Positions 54,206-64,000 of a DNA stretch of 64,000 nucleotides are shown piece by piece. The translations under genes were made by a program, and so were the position numbers. Below the pieces are notes generated by a model. It had not been told where the DNA came from. It ran no database searches and saw only the letters and a list, made by a program, of their open reading frames with translations. The DNA is from Azolla caroliniana (Eukaryota > Plantae > Polypodiophyta), in assembly GCA_043228905.1 (NCBI GenBank), contig JBHGNT010000044.1, forward strand, positions 144,168-208,167. The letters run 5' to 3'. Numbering within the stretch: position 1 is the stretch's first letter; every line of letters starts with the position of its first letter.

Positions 54206-57200
54206 GTTTTGTGTTCAAACATGCGAATCGAAGCTAACAACGCTAGCTATGATATGGGATTAAAAAACCAAGATTTTGAAACTCAGGTCAAGAGACATGA
54301 AGAAATTAGCAAACTTGAGGAGGGAGTTGAGAGGAGCCCTTGAGTAAATTAAAATGTTCATACCTGGCTCGTGTGATATCGGATTTTTGTGTTCAAACAT
54401 GCGAATCGAAGCTAACAACGCTAGCTATGATATGGAATTAAAAAATCAAGATTTTGAAACTCAGGTCAAGAGACATGAAGAAATTAGCAAACTTGAGGAG
54501 GGAGTTGAGAGGAGCCCTTGAGTAAATTAAAATGTTCATACCTGGGTCGTGTGATATCGGATTTTTGTGTTCAAACATGCGAATCGAATCTAACAAAGCT
54601 AGCTATGATCTGGAATTAAAAAATCAAGATTTTGAAACTCGGGTCGAGAGACATGAAGAAATTAGCAAACTTGAGGAGTGAGTTTAGAAGACCTAGTAGG
54701 TAAATTAAAATGTTCATACCTGGCTCGTGTGATATCGGATTTTTCTGTTCAAATATGCGAATCGAAGCTAACAACGCTAGCTATGATATGCAATTAAAAA
54801 ATCAAGATTTTGAAACTCGGGTCGAGAGACATGAAGAAATTAGCAAACTTGAGGAGTGAGTTGACAAGACTTAGTAGGTAAATTAAAATGTTCATACCTG
54901 GCTCGTGTGATATCGGATTTTTGTATTCAAACATGCGAATCGAAGCTAACAACGCTAGCTATGATATGGAATTAAAAAATCAAGATTTTGAAACTCGGGT
55001 CGAGAGACATGAAGAAATTAGCAAACTTGAGGAGTGAGTTGACAAGACTTAGTAGGTAAATTAAAATGTTCATACCTGGCTCGTGTGATATCGGAGTTTT
55101 GTGTTCAAACATGCGAATCGAAGCTAACAACGCTAGCTATGATATGGGATTAAAAAACCAAGATTTTGAAACTCAGGTCAAGAGACATGAAGAAATTAGC
55201 AAACTTGAGGAGGGAGTTGAGAGGAGCCCTTGAGTAAATTAAAATGTTCATACCTGGCTCGTGTGATATCGGATTTTTGTGTTCAAACATGCGAATCGAA
55301 GCTAACAACGCTAGCTATGATATGGAATTAAAAAATCAAGATTTTGAAACTCAGGTCAAGAGACATTAAGAAATTAGCAAACTTGAGGAGGGAGTTGAGA
55401 GGAGCCCTTGAGTAAATTAAAATGTTCATACCTGGGTCGTGTGATATCGGATTTTTGTGTTCAAACATGCGAATCGAAGCTAACAACGCTAGCTATGATC
55501 TGGAATTAAAAAATCAAGATTTTGAAACTCGGGTCGAGAGACATGAAGAAATTAGCAAACTTGAGGAGTGAGTTGAGAAGACCTAGTAGGTAAATTAAAA
55601 TGTTCATACCTGGCTGCTGTGATATCGGATTTTTGTGTTCAAACATGCCAATCGAAGCTAACAACGCTAGCTATTATTTGGAATTAAAAAATCAAGATTT
55701 TGAAACTCAGGTCGAGAGACATGATGAAAATAGAAAACTTGAGGAGGGAGTTGAGAGGAGCCCTTGAAGAAATTAAAATGTTCATACCTCGCTCGTGTGA
55801 TATCGGATTTTTGTGTTCAAACATGTGAATCGAAGCTAACAACGCTAGCTATGATATGAAATTAAAAAATCAAGATTTTGAAACTCGGGTCGAGAGACAT
55901 GAAGAAATTAGCAAACTTGAGGAGGGAGTTGAGAAGAGCTATTAGGTAAATTAAAATGTTCATACCTGGCTCGTGTGATATCGGATTTTTGTATTCAAAC
56001 ATGCGAATCGAAGCTCACAACGCTAGCTATGATATATAATTAAAAAATCAAGATTTTGAAACTCGGGTCGAGAGACATGAAGAAATTAGCAAACTTGAGG
56101 AGTGAGTTGACAAGACTTAGTAGGTAAATTAAAATGTTCATACCTGGCTCGTGTGATATCGGATTTTTGTATTCAAACATGCGAATCGAAGCTAACAACG
56201 CTAGCTATGATATGGAATTAAAAAATCAAGATTTTGAAACTCGGGTCGAGAGACATGAAGAAATTAGCAAACTTGAGGAGTGAGTTGAGAAGACCTAGTA
56301 GGTAAATTAAAATGTTCATACCTGGCTCGTGTGATATCGGATTTTTTTGTTCAAATATGCGAATCGAAGCTAACAACGCTAGCTATGATATGCAATTAAA
56401 AAATCAAGATTTTGAAACTCGGGTCGAGAGACATGAAGAAATTAGCAAACTTGAGGAGTGAGTTGACAAGACTTAGTAGGTAAATTAAAATGTTCATACC
56501 TGGCTCGTGTGATATCGGATTTTTGTATTCAAACATGCGAATCGAAGCTAACAACGCTAGCTATGATATGGAATTAAAAAATCAAGATTTTGAAACTCGG
56601 GTCGAGAGACATGAAGAAATTAGCAAACTTGAGGAGTGAGTTGACAAGACTTAGTAGGTAAATTAAAATGTTCATACCTGGCTCGTGTGATATCGGAGTT
56701 TTGTGTTCAAACATGCGAATCGAAGCTAACAACGCTAGCTATGATATGGGATTACAAAACCAAGATTTTGAAACTCAGGTCAAGAGACATGAAGAAATTA
56801 GCAAACTTGAGGAGGGAGTTGAGATGAGCCCTTGAGTAAATTAAAATGTTCATACCTGGCTCGTGTGATATCGGATTTTTGTGTTCAAACATGCGAATCG
56901 AAGCTAACAACGCTAGCTATGATATGGAATTAAAAAATCAAGATTTTGAAACTCAGGTCAAGAGACATTAAGAAATTAGCAAACTTGAGGAGGGAGTTGA
57001 GAGGAGCCCTTGAGTAAATTAAAATGTTCATACCTGGGTCGTGTGATATCGGATTTTTGTGTTCAAACATGCGAATCGAAGCTAACAACGCTAGCTATGA
57101 TCTGGAATTAAAAAATCAAGATTTTGAAACTCGGGTCGAGAGACATGAAGAAATTAGCAAACTTGAGGAGTGAGTTGAGAAGACCTAGTAGGTAAATTAA

Positions 57201-58970
57201 AATGTTCATACCTGGCTGCTGTGATATCGGATTTCTGTGTTCAAACATGCGAATCGAAGCTAACAACGCTAGCTATTATTTGGAATTAAAAAATCAAGAT
57301 TTTGAAACTCAGGTCGAGAGACATGATGAAAATAGAAAACTTGAGGAGGGAGTTGAGAGGAGCCCTTGAAGAAATTAAAATGTTCATACCTCGCTCGTGT
57401 GATATCGGATTTTTGTGTTCAAACATGTGAATCGAAGCTAACAACGCTAGCTATGATATGAAATTAAAAAATCAAGATTTTGAAACTCGGGTCGAGAGAC
57501 ATGAAGAAATTAGCAAACTTGAGGAGGGAGTTGAGAAGAGCTATTAGGTAAATTAAAATGTTCATACCTGGCTCGTGTGATATCGGATTTTTGTATTCAA
57601 ACATGCGAATCGAAGCTCACAACGCTAGCTATGATATATAATTAAAAAATCAAGATTTTGAAACTCGGGTCGAGAGACATGAAGAAATTAGCAAACTTGA
57701 GGAGTGTGTTGACAAGACTTAGTAGGTAAATTAAAATGTTCATACCTGGCTCGTGTGATATCGGATTTTTGTATTCAAACATGCGAATCGAAGCTAACAA
57801 CGCTAGCTATGATATGGAATTAAAAAATCAAGATTTTGAAACTCGGGTCGAGAGACATGAAGAAATTAGCAAACTTGAGGAGTGAGTTGAGAAGACCTAG
57901 TAGGTAAATTAAAATGTTCATACCTGGCTCGTGTGATATCGGACTTTTGTATTCAAACATGCGAATCGAAGCTCACAACGCTAGCTATGATATATAATTA
58001 AAAAATCAAGATTTTAAAACTCGGGTCGAGAGACATGAAGAAATTAGCAAACTTGAGGAGTGAGTTGACAAGACTTAGTAGGTAAATTAAAATGTTCATA
58101 CCTGGCTCGTGTGATATCGGATTTTTGTGTTCAAACATGCGAATCGAAGCTAACAACGCTAGCTATGATATGGAATTAAAAAATCAAGATTTTGAAACTC
58201 GGGTCGAGAGACATGAAGAAATTAGCAAACTTGAGGAGTGAGTTGAGAAGACCTAGTAGGTAAATTAAAATGTTCATGCCTGGCTCGTGTGATATCGGAT
58301 TTTTGTGTTCAAATATGCGAATCGAAGCTAACAACGCTAGCTATGATATGGAATTAAAAAATCAAGATTTTGAAACTCGGGTCGAGAGACATGAAGAAAT
58401 TAGCAAACTTGAGGAGTGAGTTGAGAAGACCTAGTAGGTAAATTAAAATGTTCATACCTGGCTCGTGTGATATCGTATTTTTGTGTTCAAACATGCGATT
58501 CAAAGCTAACAACGCTCGCTATAATTTGGAATTAAAAATAAAGATTTTGAAACTCAGGTCGAGAGACATGATGAAAATAGAAAACTTGAGGAGGGAGTTG
58601 AGAGGAGCCCTTGAGTAAATTAAAATGTTCATACCTCGCTCGTGTGATATCGGATTTTTGTGTTCAAACATGCGAATCGAAGCTAACAACGCTAGCTATG
58701 ATATGGAATTAAAAAATCAAGATTTTGAAACTCGGGTCGAGAGACATGAAGAAATTAGCAAACTTGAGGAGTGAGTTGAGAAGACCTAGTAGGTAAATTA
58801 AAATGTTCATACCTGGCTCGTGTGATATCGGATTTTTGTGTTCAAACATGCGAATCGAAGCTAACAACGCTAGCTATGATATGGAATTAAAAAATCAAGA
58901 TTTTGAAACTCGGGTCGAGAGACATGAAGAAATTAGCAAACTTGAGGAGTGAGTTGAGAAGACCTAGTAG

Positions 58971-61900
58971 GTAAATTAAAATGTTCATACCTGGCTCGTG
59001 TGATATCGTACTATTGTATTCAAACATGCGATTCAAAGCTAACAACGCTAGCTATAATTTGGAATTAAAAATCAAGATTTTGAAACTCAGGTCGAGAGAC
59101 ATGATGAAAATAGAAAACTTGAGGAGGGAGTTGAGAGGAGCCCTTGAAGAAATTAAAATGTTCATACCTCGCTCGTGTGATATCGGATTTTTGTGTTCAA
59201 ACATGCGAATCGAAGCTAACAACGCTAGCTATGATATGGAATTAAAAAATCAAGATTTTGAAACTCGGGTCGAGAGACATGAAGAAATTAGCAAACTTGA
59301 GGAGGGAGTTGAGAAGAGCTATTAGGTAAATTAAAATGTTCATACCTGGCTCGTGTGATATCGGATTTTTGTATTCAAACATGCGAATCGAAGCTCTCAA
59401 CGCTAGCTATGATATGTAATTGAAAAATCAAGATTTTGAAACTCGGGTCGAGAGACATGAAGAAATTAGCAAACTTGAGGAGTGAGTTGACAAGACTTAG
59501 TAGGTAAATTCAAATGTTCATACCTGGCTCGTGTGATATCGGAGTTTTGTGTTCAAACATGCGAATCGAAGCTAACAACGCTAGCTATGATATGGGATTA
59601 AAAAACCAAGATTTTGAAACTCAGGTCAAGAGACATGAAGAAATTAGCAAACTTGAGGAGGGAGTTGAGAGGAGCCCTGGAGTAAATTAAAATGTTCATA
59701 CCTGGCTCGTGTGATATCGGATTTTTGTGTTCAAACATGCGAATCGAAGCTAACAACGCTAGCTATGATATGGAATTAAAAAATCAAGATTTTGAAACTC
59801 GGGTCGAGAGACATGAAGAAATTAGCAAACTTGAGGAGTGAGTTGAGAAGACCTAGTAGGTAAATTAAAATGTTCATACCTGGCTCGTGTGATATCGTAC
59901 TATTGTATTCAAACATGCGATTCAAAGCTAACAACGCTAGCTATAATTTGGAATTAAAAATCAAGATTTTGAAACTCAGGTCGAGAGACATGATGAAAAT
60001 AGAAAACTTGAGGAGGGAGTTGAGAGGAGCCCTTGAAGAAATTAAAATGTTCATACCTCGCTCGTGTGATATCGGATTTTTGTGTTCAAACATGCGAATC
60101 GAAGCTAACAACGCTAGCTATGATATGGAATTAAAAAATCAAGATTTTGAAACTCGGGTCGAGAGACATGAAGAAATTAGCAAACTTGAGGAGGGAGTTG
60201 AGAAGAGCTATTAGGTAAATTAAAATGTTCATACCTGGCTCGTGTGATATCGGATTTTTGTATTCAAACATGCGAATCGAAGCTCTCAACGCTAGCTATG
60301 ATATGTAATTAAAAAATCAAGATTTTGAAACTCGGGTCGAGAGACATGAAGAAATTAGCAAACTTGAGGAGTGAGTTGAGAAGAGTTAGTAGGTAAATTA
60401 AAATGTTCATACCTGGCTCGTGTGATATCGGAGTTTTGTGTTCAAACATGCGAATCGAAGCTAACAACGCTAGCTATGATATGGGATTAAAAAACCAAGA
60501 TTTTGAAACTCAGGTCAAGAGACATGAAGAAATTAGCAAACTTGAGGAGGGAGTTGAGAGGAGCCCTTGAGTAAATTAAAATGTTCATACCTGGCTCGTG
60601 TGATATCGGATTTTTGTGTTCAAACATGCGAATCGAAGCTAACAACGCTAGCTATGATATGGAATTAAAAAATCAAGATTTTGAAACTCAGGTCAAGAGA
60701 CATGAAGAAATTAGCAAACTTGAGGAGGGAGTTGAGAGGAGCCCTTGAGTAAATTAAAATGTTCATACCTGGGTCGTGTGATATCGGATTTTTGTGTTCA
60801 AACATGCGAATCGAATCTAACAAAGCTAGCTATGATCTGGAATTAAAAAATCAAGATTTTGAAACTCGGGTCGAGAGACATGAAGAAATTAGCAAACTTG
60901 AGGAGTGAGTTGAGAAGACCTAGTAGGTAAATTAAAATGTTCATACCTGGCTGCTGTGATATCGGATTTTTGTGTTCAAACATGCCAATCGAAGGTAACA
61001 ACGCTAGCTATGATATGGAATTAAAAAATCAAGATTTTGAAACTCAGGTCGAGAGACATGATGAAAATAGAAAACTTGAGGAGGGAGTTGAGAGGAGCCC
61101 TTGAAGAAATTAAAATGTTCATACCTCGCTCGTGTGATATCGGATTTTTGTGTTCAAACATGTGAATCGAAGCTAACAACGCTAGCTATGATATGAAATT
61201 AAAAAATCAAGATTTTGAAACTCGGGTCGAGAGACATGAAGAAATTAGCAAACTTGAGGAGGGAGTTGAGAAGAGCTATTAGGTAAATTAAAATGTTCAT
61301 ACCTGGCTCGTGTGATATCGGATTTTTGTATTCAAACATGCGAATCGAAGCTAACAACGCTAGCTATGATATGGGATTAAAAAACCAAGATTTTGAAACT
61401 CAGGTCAAGAGACATGAAGAAATTAGCAAACTTGAGGAGGGAGTTGAGAGGAGCCCTTGAGTAAATTAAAATGTTCATACCTGGGTCGTGTGATATCGGA
61501 TTTTTGTGTTCAAACATGCGAATCGAAGCTAACAACGCTAGCTATGATCTGGAATTAAAAAATCAAGATTTTGAAACTCGGGTCGAGAGACATGAAGAAA
61601 TTAGCAAACTTGAGGAGTGAGTTGAGAAGACCTAGTAGGTAAATTAAAATGTTCATACCTGGCTGCTGTGATATCGGATTTTTGTGTTCAAACATGCCAA
61701 TCGAAGCTAACAACGCTAGCTATTATTTGGAATTAAAAAATCAAGATTTTGAAACTCAGGTCGAGAGACATGATGAAAATAGAAAACTTGAGGAGGGAGT
61801 TGAGAGGAGCCCTTGAAGAAATTAAAATGTTCATACCTCGCTCGTGTGATATCGGATTTTTGTGTTCAAACATGTGAATCGAAGCTAACAACGCTAGCTA

Positions 61901-62329
61901 TGATATGAAATTAAAAAATCAAGATTTTGAAACTCGGGTCGAGAGACATGAAGAAATTAGCAAACTTGAGGAGGGAGTTGAGAAGAGCTATTAGGTAAAT
62001 TAAAATGTTCATACCTGGCTCGTGTGATATCGGATTTTTGTATTCAAACATGCGAATTGAAGCTCACAACGCTAGCTATGATATATAATTAAAAAATCAA
62101 GATTTTGAAACTCGGGTCGAGAGACATGAAGAAATTAGCAAACTTGAGGAGTGAGTTGACAAGACTTAGTAGGTAAATTAAAATGTTCATACCTGGCTCG
62201 TGTGATATCGGATTTTTGTATTCAAACATGCGAATCGAAGCTAACAACGCTAGCTATGATATGGAATTAAAAAATCAAGATTTTGAAACTCGGGTCGAGA
62301 GACATGAAGAAATTAGCAAACTTGAGGAG
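58971..62329. repeat. Dispersed copy of block 46516-49874 (about 3.36 kb), offset 12455 bp = 70 monomers
   Basis: ORFs 46526/58981 and 47415/59870; CCAATCGAAGGTAAC at 48540/60995. One SNP noticed at about 62058. Confidence 0.85.
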
Positions 62330-64000
62330 GGAGTTGAGAAGACCTAGTAGGTAAATTAAAATGTTCATACCTGGCTCGTGTGATATCGGATTTTGTGTTC
62401 AAATATGCGAATCGAAGCTAACAACGCTAGCTATGATATGGAATTAAAAAATTAAGATTTTGAAACTCGGGTCGAGAGACATGAAGAAATTAGCAAACTT
62501 GAGGAGTGAGTTGAGAAGACCTAGTAGGTAAATTAAAATGTTCATACCTGGCTCGTCTGATATCGTATTTTTGTGTTCAAACATGCGATTTAAAGCTAAC
62601 AACGCTAGCTATAATTTGGAATTAAAAATAAAGATTTTGAAACTCAGGTCGAGAGACATGATGAAAATAGAAAACTTGAGGAGGGAGTTGAGAGGAGCCC
62701 TTGAGTAAATTAAAATGTTCATACCTCGCTCGTGTGATATCGGATTTTTGTGTTCAAACATGCGAATCGAAGGTAACAACGCTAGCTATGATATGGAATT
62801 AAAAAATCAAGATTTTGAAACTCGGGTCGAGAGACATGAAGGAATTAGCAAACTTGAGGAGTGAGTTGAGAAGACCTAGTAGGTAAATTAAAATGTTCAT
62901 ACCTGGCTCCTGTGATATCGGATTTTTGTGTTCAAACATGCGAATCGAAGCTAACAACGCTAGCTATGATATGGGATTAAAAAACCAAGATTTTGAAACT
63001 CAGGTCAAGAGACATGAAGAAATTAGCAAACTTGAGGAGGGAGTTGAGAGGAGCCCTTGAGTAAATTAAAATGTTCATACCTGGCTCGTGTGATATCGGA
63101 TTTTTGTGTTCAAACATGCGAATCGAAGCTAACAACGCTAGCTATGATATGGAATTAAAAAATCAACATTTTGAAACTCAGGTCAAGAGACATGAAGAAA
63201 TTAGCAAACTTGAGGAGGGAGTTGAGAGGAGCCCTTCAGTAAATTAAAATGTTCATACCTGGGTCGTGTGATATCGGATTTTTGTGTTCAAACATGCGAA
63301 TCGAAGCTAACAACGCTACCTATGATCTGGAATTAAAAAATCCAGATTTTGAAACTCGGGTCGAGAGACATGAAGAAATTAGCAAACTTGAGGAGTGAGT
63401 TGAGAAGACCTAGTAGGTAAATTAAAATGTTCATACCTGGCTGCTGTGATATCGGATTTTTGTGTTCAAACATGCCAATCGAAGCTAACAACGCTAGCTA
63501 TTATTTGGAATTAAAAAATCAAGATTTTGAAACTCAGGTCGAGAGACATGATGAAAATAGAAAACTTGAGGAGGGAGTTGAGAGGAGCCCTTGAGTAAAT
63601 TAAAATGTTCATACCTCGCTCGTGTGATATCGGATTTTTGTGTTCAAACATGCGAATCGAAGCTAACAACGCTAGCTATGATATGGAATTAAAAAATCAA
63701 GATTTTGAAACTCGGGTCGAGAGACATGAAGAAATTAGCAAACTTGAGGAGTGAGTTGAGAAGACCTAGTAGGTAAATTAAAATGTTCATACCTGGCTCG
63801 TGTGATATCGGATTTTTGTGTTCAAACATGCGAATCGAAGCTAACAACGCTAGCTATGATATGGAACTAAAAAATCAAGATTTTGAAACTCGGGTCGAGA
63901 GACATGAAGAAATTAGCAAACTTGAGGAGTGAGTTGAGAAGACCTAGTAGGTAAATTAAAATGTTCATACCTGGCTCGTGTGATATCGGATTTTTGTGTT

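Larger units (their letters stand above)
1..64000. repeat. 178-bp tandem satellite array (about 360 monomers, single orientation), centromeric/heterochromatic satellite-like; runs off both window ends
   Basis: TGGCTCGTGT at 1 recurs at 179 and the period continues to the window end. I saw no unique sequence. The tandem repeat itself is directly visible; the centromeric role is inferred only from the nucleosome-sized monomer and higher-order organisation. Confidence 0.99.
28561..64000. repeat. Homogenised satellite domain built from a small set of monomer types, with large block duplications
   Basis: TGTTCATACC at 28561 to the same motif at 63962 is 35401 bp = 199x178-21. The 21 missing bases match the 21 177-bp monomers I counted (14 TACTATTG-type, 6 AAAAATAAAG-type, 1 at about 62391). 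Confidence 0.85.

Noticed and set aside
6211-60214. All ORFs in the supplied track as protein-coding genes
   Set aside because: They are translations of satellite monomers in various frames, opened by indels or SNPs. Many have non-ATG starts, and there is no recognisable domain or gene context.
1-64000. CRISPR array or repeat-spacer system
   Set aside because: The variable segments are allelic variants of the same sequence, not unique spacers. The period is 178 bp and there are no cas genes or leader.
1-64000. 5S rDNA, tRNA or snRNA tandem gene array, or telomeric repeats
   Set aside because: No recognisable 5S or tRNA sequence, no Pol III A/B/C boxes identified, and no TTTAGGG or TTAGGG tracts.
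1-64000. Embedded retrotransposon, inversion or unique island
   Set aside because: Reading through the window, every segment maps to the monomer in the same orientation. No LTR, target-site duplication or strand switch was seen.

Overview
The whole 64-kb window is one uninterrupted head-to-tail array of a 178-bp satellite (about 360 monomers, about 37% GC counted on one monomer, all in one orientation). Consensus: TGGCTCGTGTGATATCGGATTTTTGTGTTCAAACATGCGAATCGAAGCTAACAACGCTAGCTATGATATGGAATTAAAAAATCAAGATTTTGAAACTCRGGTCRAGAGACATGAAGAAATTAGCAAACTTGAGGAGKGAGTTGAGARGA[CCTAGTAG/GCCCTTGA]GTAAATTAAAATGTTCATACC. Monomer size and array organisation resemble eukaryotic centromeric or heterochromatic satellite (plant-like), but I do not recognise the family or the organism. 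I see no genes, RNA genes, transposons or CRISPR arrays, and the listed ORFs are by-products of the repeat. The real structure is the array's history. The left part (about 1-28.5 kb) is more divergent, with short tandem higher-order duplications and several deletions bounded by microhomology. The right part (about 28.5-64 kb) is homogenised, with only single-base length variants and near-identical multi-kb blocks duplicated at offsets of 10, 21, 31, 70, 103, 122 and 161 monomers. Block boundaries were read by eye from marker variants and are approximate. I found no evidence of a novel gene system.
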